From Octopus bimaculoides (lineage: Eukaryota), in NCBI RefSeq assembly GCF_001194135.2, contig NC_069003.1, positions 26,595,106 through 26,659,105 on the forward strand: a stretch of DNA of 64,000 bases, written 5' to 3'. Each line of letters begins with the position of its first letter. The first letter of the stretch is position 1. Position numbers and translations under genes: made by a program. Below the pieces are notes generated by a model that was given only the letters and a program-made list of their open reading frames with translations, was not told the origin of the DNA and did no database searches. Shown here piece after piece: positions 50,821-63,377 of the stretch.

Positions 50821-52436
50821 CAGCATTCCTTCATACAAGCAGTGGCTTTACATTTCTAGTCTTTTGGGAAAACTTCTAGCCATGAGAAAAACATTACAAT
50901 GCTTGGACACAAGAAGGGCCCCTCACTGTAGAAAATCTACCACAAACAGTGCTTAAGACATACACACTTATGTATTTAGGTAAAGGTATTACTATGTAGT
51001 TTAAGAGGTTCACTTCCTATCCATGTGGTTTCAGGTTCAGTTCCACTTTACGGCACCTGGGGTAAGTGTCTTCTATGATAACACTTGGGCCAACCAAAGC
51101 CTTGTGAATGGATATGACATGTGGAAACTAAAAGCCCATCATGAGTGTGTAAGTGAAAATGCACGCGTTTGGGCTTCATGAAACACACACATATAGTACA
51201 TACACATACACACACACATGTTCACATATATGTCTGGGTAGTCTTTGTTTATTCATATTAATAAAAAGGTTGTATATGTTATTTATTCTCTGCCAAACAT
51301 ATCAGTAAAGTATTAATTATAGATGCTGCTGATGGCGATGATGTTGGGGAACACCTTCCGTTTATCACAGTTCAAAAAAAAAAAAAATGCTAAATGAGAA
51401 CCGTCTTATCTCGGAGATGAAGTTCTTTGATAAATCCCTATCTGCAGCCAGAACTGTAAATAGTTATTCAGGAACACAAATATATGCACAAAATGACAAG
51501 TATGAGTATTTATTATATTTGTGAAGGTATATGGCTGTGTGTCTCTCAGTGCTGGATCAACCATTATTAAGCAGAATAAGCACGTGCTCAAGGCATCAGG
51601 GGAGGGAGGGGAAGACACACCAGAGAAATGGTAAATGGCACTGAAGAAATCACTGTAACCCTTTAGCATTCCCATTATTCTGTCTACAGTAATGCTTATT
51701 TATTCACATTGTTTTGAATTGATCATGTATATATAATCTTATAGCTTTGAGATTTTGAAGAGGTGCAAGAGTGTCTGTGTGGTAAGTGCCTCATTTCAAA
51801 GACAGCTGAAATTGAAACTGTAAAGTAAGAGGTTTATAGCCTCAAATTGTAAATTTATAAAAGAACAATGATTTAGAGAAGCAGAGTTCGGCGGGCGGCT
51901 CCTGTCTTCTCCCATTAATACCATATTAATCATCATTCATCTCATCTCATTAATGTTTTTGTCCAGCCCGTAGCTACTCTCTGTGTACTGCCTTTATGGC
52001 AAATTGAAATGAAATAAAGTAGCTTGCTTACCAACCACATGGTTCCGGGTTCAGTCCCACTGCATGGTGCCTTGAGCAAGTATCTTCTACTACAGCCTCG
52101 GGCCGACCAAAGCCTTGTGAGTGGATTTGGTGGACGGAAACTGAAAGAGGCCTGGCCACCTAGCCAGTGGGGCGGCATCATTTGAAAGCTACAACAATGC
52201 GAGGAAGCACACTGTGATTAGAGATGTATAACAACATCCAATAATCTAGCTGATATACACATATATATATAGGCTGTATGCCCATGGACTGTTTACAGCA
52301 GACACATCACAAACCTTAATAGATTTCATCTGAACATTCTGAGATCCCTAACTCCATGTTGTTTGTCAGCATCCATACTCTACTATGCAGATCCAAGCAG
52401 TGCATGTCAGGTCACTCTATTGGATTGCCTATATCT

Positions 52437-52722
52437 AGTCCACTGCAGGATGAAGGCTTCAGAATGTTTTCTCCATCGACCTCAGTCTGATGTGGAAGCT
52501 GTGTATTTGAGCTTGTGACCATACTGGTTTGACATGGCTTGGCAGAGAGGTGCAGTAGTTTGGGTTCCTCACGTTCAGACCACTGCAGGATGACAGCCTC
52601 AGCATGTTCTCTCCATCAACCATAGTCTGATGTGGAGGCTGTGTATTTGAGCTTGTGACCATACTGGTTTCATGAGCCTACGCTGCTACACAGGGTTGAC
52701 ATGGCTTGGCAGAGGGGTGCAG
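52437..52722 (+). repeat. ~140-bp tandem duplication
   Basis: Units start at 52437 and 52577; the second carries a ~27-bp extra segment. Confidence 0.85.
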
Positions 52723-52744
52723 TTTTTTTTTATACCCATACACA

Positions 52745-52920
52745 GGAGTAGTTAAGTCAATTACATCGACCCCAGTGCTCAACTGGCACTTATTTTATCG
52801 ACCCCAAAAAGGATGAAAGACAAAGTTGACATCAGGAGAATTTGAGCTCAGAACGTATAGATGGACAAAATACCACTAAGCATTTTGCCTAGTATGCTAA
52901 TGATTCTGCCAGATTGCTAT
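52745..52920 (-). mobile_element. SINE B, diverged
   Basis: Body and head match. Confidence 0.65.
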
Positions 52921-53340
52921 ACCGAAGAAAATGACTGATGAATTACCGAAACATCATTTCTACAACAAGTTAGCATGTGACATGTCTTTGTTAATGTGTG
53001 TGTGTGTGTATGTGTGTGCATGCATGTGGAGAGAATGTCCAGTTAGTGGACAGTGTATATTCGTTTAGGAATACTCTCAAGGGCACCGCATCTCCCCAAA
53101 AAAGACTTCAGAGTCATGTGAGAACCTTGCTACTGAAAGAGCTACCTGGCATAGTGTCATAAAGAAAGATGCTATAGTGTCTGAGAATGCCAGGAATTGG
53201 ATGAGCTGAGAAGAAAAAAGTAAAAGGAGCTGAGAATGTCTGGGGCTGGTAGAATATTGTGATGATGGTGATGGTGGAGAAAGACTCGTTAGAGTTATCC
53301 TTCATTTGGATGGTTTGATCAATGAAGATGTATATAAATA

Positions 53341-53908
53341 CTCTTTTACTTGTTTCAGTCATTTGACTGTGGCCATGCTAGAGCACCACCTTTAGTCAAA
53401 CAAATTGACCCCAGGACTTATTCTTTGTAAGCCTAGTACTTATTCTATCGGTCTCTTTTGCCGAACTGCTAAGTTATGGGGACGTAAACACACCAGCATC
53501 GGCTGTCAAGCGATGTTGGTGGGGACAAACACAACATACACACACACATATATATATATCAATAAAAAAATGGAGGATAATATGCTGAACCCAACGACTT
53601 GCAGACAATGTATCCCGTTGAATTCATTAACTTAATTTGTAACTAAAGTGACAAAAAACCACAAAGTACAAGAGTTTATGACAAACCATGTTATATTGAC
53701 AACTGGGTTTACAATATATATATATATATATATATACATATATATGACGGGCTTCTTTCAGTTTCCATCTACCACATCCACTCACAAGGCTTTGGTCGGC
53801 CTGAGGCTATAGTAGAAGACACTTGCCCAAGGTACCACGCAGTGGGACTGAACCCAGAACCAGGTGGTTCATAAGCAAGCTACTTACCACACAGCCACTC
53901 CTACGCCT
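53341..53908 (-). mobile_element. SINE A split at its central microsatellite
   Basis: 3' half at 53341-53545 and 5' half at 53745-53908. Confidence 0.7.
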
Positions 53909-54074
53909 AAACTTACATAGAAAGAATCCTTCCTGCATATAATAAATTTGAATGCAGAAGTTTTTATTATTCACTTTCTTATGGTTTCATTATTAGGTTT
54001 TTGTCATTGTTATCATCATCATCATCTTAAAGTCCACCTTTTCATGCTTCCATGGGTCAGACAGAACATTTTGA

Positions 54075-54372
54075 GGCTTAGTGGTTAGGTGTATTTGGCT
54101 CACAACCATAAAGCTGTGAGTTTGATTCCCAGTGGAGCAGTGTATCCTTGAGCAAAACACTTTATTTCGCATTGCCCCAGTCCATTCAGCTGGCAAAAAT
54201 GAATTCAAAGGGCCGGCTTTGTCACACTCTGTGTCACACCGAATCTACTTGAGAACTACATTGAGAGCATGCGTGTCTGTGGATTCCTCAGCCACTTGCA
54301 CTTTAATTTCATGAGCAGGCTGTTCTGTTGATTGGATCAACTGGAAATCTTGTTGTTGTAACTGGGGAATGC
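54075..54372 (+). mobile_element. SINE C
   Basis: Family match. Confidence 0.7.
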
Positions 54373-54581
54373 CAGTTTTATGACCAGGTTCCCCTCCATG
54401 TTGCCAACCCTTCTCTTTCCATGCAAGGTCATAGTTTCCCATTACCTGACATGTTTTCGCTGAATACTGGAAATGAGTGATACTACCTGTATGACGCTGG
54501 CGTGCATTTACAACTATTGTTTGATGTCAAGGCAAGGAAACATACACATACACACTACATACATACATACGTACGTATATA

Positions 54582-54791
54582 CAAGGTGGGTGCTAAACAG
54601 TTCCTGGTTTTAAGGGTATTGTGAAAGGCCTGGTTGGAGGCCCAACCTTCCGAGTTCTTTTACAGGGCTTATAAAAACTGAAGGACTGTTGCAATAAGTG
54701 TGTGGATCTGAGAGGGGGAATATGTTGGATAAAATCATAATTAAATGATCCTCCTGTATTTTCTTTTACCCAAAGTCAGGAACCCCACATC

Positions 54792-54794
<3 letters not shown>
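54582..54794 (+). mobile_element. Mariner deletion derivative at a TA repeat
   Basis: Imperfect TIRs (right one partly deleted) with TA flanks; internal KCVDLRGEYVG* resembles a mariner C-terminus. Confidence 0.6.
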
Positions 54795-54871
<77 letters not shown>

Positions 54872-55865
54872 GAAAAAATACACATGAAGTACAGAACATC
54901 ACCAACGAGCAAAAAATATGTCAACACACAGCGAGAGACAAGTATTGGATGAAATATATATACATATATATATATATATGATGGGCTTCTATCAGTTTCC
55001 ATCTCCCAAATCCACTCACAAAACTTTGATCAGCCCAAGTGCCATGCAGCAGGGCTGAACCCCAAATAATATGATTGGGAAGCAAACTTTTTGACCATAC
55101 AGCTATGCCTGCACCATTATTCACAACTGACCACTCCATGGTAAAAAAAACCCCAAAAAACTGTAAAGTTACCTTCTCGAATCATACCGACTCATAAGGG
55201 CTGGTTTCCCAGTTTTCATGGGGCTACATATTCTCCAACTGGATGGGACGCCGGTCTGTCACAGGGTTACTCGTTTTTGCCAGCTGAGTGGACCGGAGTA
55301 ACATGAAATGAAGTGTTTTTTGCTCAAGAACACAACATGTCACCCAGTCCAGGAACTGAAACGACAATCTTACAATCATGAGTCCAACACCCTAACCACT
55401 AAGCCATGCACCTCTATGCCAGAGTTAATTATTAAAATGGTTCACTGTCAATTTCCTGTAGTGTTAATGAAATCATGGGTACATGGAGTAAATAAAATCA
55501 TAACATAAACAATTAAATATAAGAAATAATAATTTTTTAAAGTATGTGTTAATCCCCATGTACCCAGACTTTGTGGACACCCTGTAGAAACTCACCGCAT
55601 GGTAGAGAGCACAACATGCCCCCATTTATCAAAGATACAGAAATCCCTGATGGACAGACATAATTTCGCTGTTATTAATATAGATGGCCATTTTCTCTAA
55701 TAATGTCCATATTGTTAAGTCCTCTCAGCTATACTTTGTTCATGAATGCTTCACTAAGCCTATTATAAACCACAAAAATCCACAAGTGTGGGTGCTTATC
55801 TCTGTTTCTTTAGTATTACGTGGGTGAGAGATAAAAGATTCTCCAGGAGAAAACACTTGCGTATT

Positions 55866-56260
55866 GATCATCATCATCATTTAATGTCCATTTTCCATGC
55901 TGGCATGGGTTGGATGATTTGACTGGAGCTGGCAGACCAGGGGACACACCAGGTTCCATTGTCTGTTCTGGTATGGTTTCTATGGCTGGATGCCTTTCCT
56001 AACACCAACCGATCCACAGAGTGTACTGGGTGCTTTTTATGTGGCACCAGCACTGGTATCATTCTGCTGTGGCAGACTCAGTACAGCAAGGCACCAGATG
56101 TCTCGGTTCTTTGTCATTTCATTCATAACACTCAGCGTCTTGAGATCAGCCTTCCATACTTCGTCCCATGTCTTCATAGGTCTCCCTCGTCCACAAGACA
56201 GGAAGCAGTACTGACTGCATCGAAACATTGTGTATGAGCAATGCAATGTCTCACTCAATG
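55866..56260 (-). mobile_element. RTE-type LINE 3' end with (ATG)n tail
   Basis: CGRGRPMKTWDEVWKADLKTL..MTKNRDIW followed by a 3' UTR ending ..GGACATTAAATGATGATG. Confidence 0.7.
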
Positions 56261-56782
56261 TAGAACCGTGTTCTCAAATATACCATACAGAAGACTGTGT
56301 AAATACACTGTAAAATTCCTCCATGAATGGCCTAATACCGATACACAGCACAGGCTATCAGTACTAAATCCATCTACAAGGAGTTAAGTGATAAGCACTT
56401 CTGCATACAACTGCCTACATCCATATGCATCACATGACTATTGTGGTTAGATTTTTCTCCATGGAGAAAAACTGAAGTCATCATTACAAACCAAAAAAAT
56501 ATATATCACGTTTACAATGCTATACCACAACATACAGTACAGCAAACTGCTGTGGTGGTATCCATTTATAGCAAGATGGATGGGACCAAAGACAGTCAAA
56601 CTTCTTGGGCATAACAAGAGACATAGTACAGCAACAGAGCTAAGATACAAACCATTGACTTAATGGCATGTGGTCCTCAACCTGATAGATGAGAATGGAC
56701 AAAGTAGTTCATGGTACCAAGCCTTTGGGGATTGGACACAATATGGATGATGAGAAGAGGAGAAACAAGTGGGTACTTTTGG

Positions 56783-57111
56783 TTATCTCACCCCATAAAA
56801 AAATTGGGTTATCTCCCCACTAAAAAATCGAGTTAATATGGCAACATGAGAATGGATTAAAAGAGTTAGATTCTTTTGATTCAATACTTCAACACATTGT
56901 TGACGTTTGGCCCCCTCAATCGGAATGGTATGATTTGTTATAAAAATGTTATCAGATTCAATAAGATGTTTAATTTTTTCCGTTTTCATGTTTATTAATT
57001 TTTCTTTTTTTTTGGTTTTTGTTTTATTGAGGATTAAACAATTTTTATATAAATAAAAATCGTTTTGCGGACTGACAGATATCAGTCCACTTTTTAATGG
57101 GGGTGAGATAA
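56783..57111. mobile_element. Unclassified TIR element
   Basis: TTATCTCACCCCATAAAAAA ... TTTTTAATGGGGGTGAGATAA; no clear TSD. Confidence 0.5.
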
Positions 57112-57692
57112 TCATAAAGTACCGACAAGTGAATAGGGAATACCCGTGTTAGCTCAAACGGACAGAGGCGATTGTAGAAGCAGCAGAGAAGAGAAAGGTG
57201 TGGAGGAGTTAGATCGTCTGTGGACCAGNNNNNNNNNNNNNNNNNNNNNNNNNNNNNNNNNNNNNNNNNNNNNNNNNNNNNNNNNNNNNNNNNNNNNNNN
57301 NNNNNNNNNNNNNNNNNNNNNNNNNNNNNNNNNNNNNNNNNNNNNNNNNNNNNNNNNNNNNNNNNNNNNNNNNNNNNNNNNNNNNNNNNNNNNNNNNNNN
57401 NNNNNNNNNNNNNNNNNNNNNNNNNNNNNNNNNNNNNNNNNNNNNNNNNNNNNNNNNNNNNNNNNNNNNNNNNNNNNNNNNNNNNNNNNNNNNNNNNNNN
57501 NNNNNNNNNNNNNNNNNNNNNNNNNNNNNNNNNNNNNNNNNNNNNNNNNNNNNNNNNNNNNNNNNNNNNNNNNNNNNNNNNNNNNNNNNNNNNNNNNNNN
57601 NNNNNNNNNNNNNNNNNNNNNNNNNNNNNNNNNNNNNNNNNNNNNNNNNNNNNNNNNNNNNNNNNNNNNNNNNNNNNNNNNNNNNNNNNNNN

Positions 57693-57997
57693 CCGGGCGT
57701 TGTGAGTGTTTATTGAGCCAAAACACCTAAAACTCCACGAGGAGATCGTGGCGAACCCTGCTGTACTCTTTCACCACAACTTTCTCTCACTCTTACTTCC
57801 TGTTTCTGTTGTACCTGTAATTCAAAGGGTCAGCGTTGTCACATCGTGTCACGCTGAATATCCCGGAGAACTACGTTAAGGGTACGCGTGTCTGTGGAGT
57901 GCTCAGCCACTTGCACGTTAATTTCACGAGCAAGCTGTTCCGTTGATCGTCGGATCAACTGGAACCCTCGACGTCGTAAGCGACGGAGTGCCAACAA
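57693..57997 (+). mobile_element. Young SINE C-like copy (head in gap)
   Basis: CpG-rich body matching family C; its 5' junction matches the head at 2872-2968. Confidence 0.65.
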
Positions 57998-58599
57998 CTT
58001 ATTCTAACGATCTATTTTGCCCAAACACTATGTTACGGAAACGAAAACAAACATTGGTTGTGAAACGATGGTGGTGGTGGGGAACAAAGACAAACTGTAC
58101 GTGTATGTGAATATAATTGTACATAAACGTACACTCATGCACACATATAGACACAATGGACTTTCATACAGTTTCCGTCAACCAAGTTCACTCACATGGT
58201 ATTGGTCAGCCCAGGGTTTAAGTAGAAGGCACTTGGCCATAGTTCTACGTAGTGGGGAGGATTTCGATCTTATCGGTTGACCGACACCCGCATTCTTTTG
58301 GGGAGGGTAGCGAAGCAAGAAGCATGATCATTGTAAAAACTCCAGAAAAAAACCATTACAACACACACACATATGCAATGCAAAGTAAGTATGCCCCACC
58401 CACGTAATAATTAAGTCTATCGTAAACCAGGTTAAAACATTTTCCAAATGCTAACTGTAGCTATTTGACGATTATAAGTACATCAGTCTACATTTTATGT
58501 TGCCCCGACTCCAAGAAGAAAGACATGTACATCTCTTAATGATAGCTTCCATCACCCTGTTATTACGTCAATAGGTGTTAAATCTTATTGATAAACAAT

Positions 58600-58630
<31 letters not shown>

Positions 58631-59314
58631 NNNNNNNNNNNNNNNNNNNNNNNNNNNNNNNNNNNNNNNNNNNNNNNNNNNNNNNNNNNNNNNNNNNNNN
58701 NNNNNNNNNNNNNNNNNNNNNNNNNNNNNNNNNNNNNNNNNNNNNNNNNNNNNNNNNNNNNNNNNNNNNNNNNNNNNNNNNNNNNNNNNNNNNNNNNNNN
58801 NNNNNNNNNNNNNNNNNNNNNNNNNNNNNNNNNNNNNNNNNNNNNNNNNNNNNNNNNNNNNNNNNNNNNNNNNNNNNNNNNNNNNNNNNNNNNNNNNNNN
58901 NNNNNNNNNNNNNNNNNNNNNNNNNNNNNNNNNNNNNNNNNNNNNNNNNNNNNNNNNNNNNNNNNNNNNNNNNNNNNNNNNNNNNNNNNNNNNNNNNNNN
59001 NNNNNNNNNNNNNNNNNNNNNNNNNNNNNNNNNNNNNNNNNNNNNNNNNNNNNNNNNNNNNNNNNNNNNNNNNNNNNNNNNNNNNNNNNNNNNNNNNNNN
59101 NNNNNNNNNNNNNNNNNNNNNNNNNNNNNNNNNNNNNNNNNNNNNNNNNNNNNNNNNNNNNNNNNNNNNNNNNNNNNNNNNNNNNNNNNNNNNNNNNNNN
59201 NNNNNNNNNNNNNNNNNNNNNNNNNNNNNNNNNNNNNNNNNNNNNNNNNNNNNNNNNNNNNNNNNNNNNNNNNNNNNNNNNNNNNNNNNNNNNNNNNNNN
59301 NNNNNAGTATTGAT

Positions 59315-59346
<32 letters not shown>

Positions 59347-59939
59347 AAATATTAGTTATTTCCTTTCAGTTCTTTAAAATTCCATTTACAAAGTCTTTTC
59401 TTCGAAGATATTTTTCTGGTATTAAAATATATTACAGCAGATTATATCTATCTATCTATATATATATATATATCCACACACATACATACATACACACACA
59501 CAGAAGTTAGAAGGTGATTGTGGACAGTGAGTGTGTTGATTAAAAATTAAGTGTGTATATGTGTGTGTGTGTGTTATGACATATTATGACAGACAAGAAA
59601 CCTAAAGATGGTGAATATGAAACCAGTCAAACAACCGAGATGTATAAGACTTCATACATACACACACACACACTTATATACATACTTTTCCACATTGTAT
59701 ACATAAATAACACAGGTGTGCGTGTCTAGAATTCACAACACAAAAGTATGTGTGTGTGTATATATATATATACACACACACGTTGAGTATAAGAGATATT
59801 AATCTCTCTATACAAATATGATGTGTGCTTATGTGTTTAAGACATCAAAGTACTTCGGCCGATCATTTATTTACTGAGGATATATGACTATACTAACAGA
59901 AGACAGAAATTCATGGAAACCAAGTTAACTGGGACGACT

Positions 59940-59974
<35 letters not shown>

Positions 59975-60079
59975 NNNNNNNNNNNNNNNNNNNNNNNNNN
60001 NNNNNNNNNNNNNNNNNNNNNNNNNNNNNNNNNNNNNNNNNNNNNNNNNNNNNNNNNNNNNNNNNNNNNNNNNNACATT

Positions 60080-61175
60080 GTTATTATTGAGAGCCTCCTC
60101 TAATATGTGGCATTTGGTGAATAAAGGACCTTGATGTCGCTATCCTCATTTGCACCCTTTCCCGAGAGGTACGTTCATCTGGGACTCTCAGCAGGGGGAG
60201 GTCCAGTTTTGATTTGGAAACACCTACATCCACTTTGTCCCTTAGGCTCTTTGGGATAATATTAAAAAGCTGTGAGCCCTTGAAACCCAAGCTGTTGCAG
60301 TAACTGGTCCTGAAGTGCGATGGCATTGCTGGGATCTTTGCCATGGCGCAGTGAATCCGTTCTGGCATTTGTCTAGCTTGCAATGCCAAAATTTGGCACA
60401 ATTCCTTCCAAGATCTTCCAAATGTATATATATTACTGCATACTTCTCTGGCATTCGCTCCAGGGAGTAGAGTCTTAGCTATTTCAGCCTTTCCCACTAG
60501 CTGAGCTGTTGCAATGAGACGATCTTCTTTGTGAAGCTTTGCTAGATTGCTTCAAGGTCCGCTGTTAATTTTAAACTGCTGGGTGACCCTGGCTAGGAGC
60601 AGTAATCCAGGCGGCTGAGGACAAATGTCCTCCAAAGGTTTCCTTCTCTATGGTTCTGAATGTTCTCAGGATCCATCTAGCCAGTATCTGCACTTTGTTG
60701 CTATCCTGGTGATGTGCACATGGTAAGAGGTATCATCACTCATGTTGATACCCAGGTCCCTCACTGATTTAGGTTCTGGGATTGTAATCCCCTGTGGACC
60801 AGAGTACCCTGTAAATTTTCTATTTAGTTTTGGATGCTGGTAGCACAGGGCTTGGAATTTTTCAGCATTAAATTGCACATTATTGCCCTCAGCCCATCTG
60901 TAATTTGAGTCCAACTCCTGCAGCAGGAGTGCAACGTCGCTGGGGTTCTGTATTTTCTACGAAACTTTTGTAATGTCTGCATAGTTACCAAGGGTGGCTA
61001 TCCGGACAGCTGAGGGCATAACTAAGAGGGCTACTATGAAGAGCAGTGGTCCTAAGATAGTGCCCTGTAGAATATCGCTCACTATTTCTGTTTCCTTTGA
61101 GGTGGCTCCACTGGCCACGAGTGCCTGACTTCTATCTTTCAGAAAGTCATGTAAACATGCTCCAAATTTTCCAGT
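60080..61175 (-). mobile_element. Degenerate LINE ORF2 3' part (reverse transcriptase, CR1/Jockey-group-like)
   Basis: Frameshifted pieces DFLKDRSQ..LQGTILGPLLF..NYADITK (YADDTK-like), WAEGNNVQFNAEKFQ and SVRDLGINMSDD. Confidence 0.8.
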
Positions 61176-61269
61176 TAAATATATATATTTATACACACAC
61201 ACACAAATCAAAGTAAATAACTCTGAAAAGGGCTTTTGTGTGTTTCCAGAGAATATTACCCTCAGCAGC

Positions 61270-61716
61270 GCTAGTGTTGGTATATTCTTGAATAAGTCAC
61301 GAACCGAAAGAAGTGGATCTATTGTTTAGGATAATTCTATTTACTTGTTAAAGGGTTGTACTGGATAAATTGAGAAAATAAGTAAAATAGTTCAAATACT
61401 AAGAAATAAGCATCCTTAATTTGATTTATACCAAATGATTTAGGAAAATGAATGGGTTATTTCCCTTATCTGTTAAAATTTTGGCAAATGGGTTATTTCG
61501 TGTGGCTGTTAAAATGAAATATATCAAATATATATAAGGATCTCTTACAGGGGCACTATTATCGACTTTTTTCAACAACCTGAGTATGCCATGAGGTTTC
61601 CAGACAGGAGTTCTATTCACATGTCAAGTTTCATGAAAATCTATAAAACGATGTAGGAGTAAGCTAACAACTCCACAAACACAGCCACAGGCAGAATTTC
61701 CCACAAATGTAGTAGA
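61270..61716 (-). mobile_element. Possible non-autonomous Helitron-like element
   Basis: Minus strand starts A|TCTACTAC and carries GATTTTCATGAAACTTG, reminiscent of Helitron-N 5' regions; no clear 3' hairpin. Confidence 0.3.
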
Positions 61717-61730
61717 TATGTGTATGTATA

Positions 61731-61790
<60 letters not shown>

Positions 61791-61948
61791 TATATAAATA
61801 TACATATACATATAAAAATATATATACATATATATTTATATACATATAAATATATGTATACATATATATTTATATACATATATATATACATATATATATT
61901 TATGTATATTTATATATAAGTATATTTATATACATATACTGTATAAAT

Positions 61949-61983
<35 letters not shown>

Positions 61984-62038
61984 CACATCTGTTTGTTGTT
62001 TATACACCTAGCTTCGTCGTTTTTCTGTAAACTTCAAC

Positions 62039-62076
<38 letters not shown>

Positions 62077-62808
62077 TACCTAATAGGGACAGATTAAGGC
62101 CGAAGTATCTTAATCACGGACCAACAGTGAATCCCACTTCAACTGCACAGGTTTGTACTCCTCGCAACTATATTAAGTATAAGCGGTTTCTTTTTAAATT
62201 TACTTTACGTATGTAACATTAAATAAACAGCAAGGATCGCTTTTATTTATAACCAGGAGCGAAAGCAATGTGAATGTTGGATATTTTTGACAATTATATA
62301 TTTTTTAAGAAGCTTATAATTTACCATGTATATCATGGTAAATCGAGCACGTGTTTTCATTGTTTAATTGTTTATGGGAGACTGTATGTATTGAAATTAA
62401 ATAGACATTTTGTGTGTATGCGTATATATACATATATATATATATATATATAATGAAATACGTTTCATGTGCTGGTTGACAGTTAATCTTTTTATATCTT
62501 GTGCCCTTCATTGGAATTATAATCTTGGCAGGGTTAAACCTGCTTAGAAGATTTTGGTTTCTTGGATTATAGTGATTTCGTTGTATATATTATACTATAT
62601 TGTGTTGTATATATTATACTATATTGTGTTGTATATATTATACGATATTGTTTGACTGTCTTTTATATGGCTTCCAACTTTGGTAAGGGTAATGCTTGTT
62701 TCTGGATTTCTCGTTTACAGGATAGATAGATAGATAGATAGATTGTGAGATAGATATGTAGATAGATAGATAAGCATACGTATTTGTTAAAATAAAAGTA
62801 GTACTCAC

Positions 62809-63105
62809 CGTTGTAGCTAATCTGGGGTCCTGCCAAGTGGTTTGTTTGGTGTTGTGATCAATGTAATAAGCCCAGCCAGTGGTGGGATCAATCCTCCGTT
62901 CCCATCCAGCTGGTAGATCTCCAAGGTTCGAACCTGCGGCCGCTGCCCCACCACCTGGTGGTTCGTTGCCATTGTTGTTGTTAGTGTTGTGATGGGGATG
63001 CTGGTATTGCTGTTGATGAAGGTTGTGGCCGCTGCTGGCCGCCGCACTCGTGTTGTTGTTGTTGTTGTTATGAGGTGGATGCGACATATATCCCATTCCA
63101 GACAT
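62809..63105 (-). CDS. BAG3: BAG3-like co-chaperone, first coding exon (99 aa): N/H/Q low-complexity leader plus WW domain (62821-62916)
   Basis: Reads MSGMGYMSH...[36 protein letters not shown]. The WW domain closely matches vertebrate BAG3 ([32 protein letters not shown], recalled), including IDPxTGW. First in-frame ATG at 63105; donor ACG|GTGAGT at 62808, phase 0. Confidence 0.88.
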
Positions 63106-63270
63106 AGCTGCTGCACTACAGACAGCTGGGCCTAGCACTGCAGCGGAGTTCTCTCTCACTCCTTCTCCTTTGCCTCTTCCTCTCCTTCTACCGCCTCTTC
63201 TCTTTCTACCACCTCCTCTCTCTGCTACTTCGCCTCCGTATATTAATGATGATGGTGGTGGTAGAGGTGA

Positions 63271-63377
63271 AGAACTTTCATATGGTACTGGATAAATTGA
63301 TTGTGGCGAACTTTCATACGGTGATGGATAAACTGATTGTGGCGAACTTTCATATGGTGACGGATAAATTGGTTGAT
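63271..63377 (-). promoter_or_regulatory. 3 x 36-bp tandem repeat, each copy with an nGAAnnTTCn heat-shock-element core
   Basis: GAACTTTC-containing pentamer pairs at 63271-80, 63307-16 and 63343-52; unit approximately GAACTTTCATAYGGTGAYGGATAAAYTGATTGTGGC; 165-270 bp upstream of the BAG3 ATG. Confidence 0.5.

Larger units (their letters stand above)
11792..62808 (-). other. ~51-kb intron between the WW exon and the IPV exon
   Basis: GT..AG ends with matching phase 0. Extra cassette exons may lie inside it (see findings) or in gaps. Confidence 0.75.

Noticed and set aside
52929-52959. AAATGA-CTGATGA-ATTACC-GAAA-CA-TCATTT hammerhead-like string
   Set aside because: Helix III and the cleavage triplet are absent, so it cannot be a functional ribozyme.
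4249-60134. Long ORFs made of X runs
   Set aside because: They only span assembly N-gaps.
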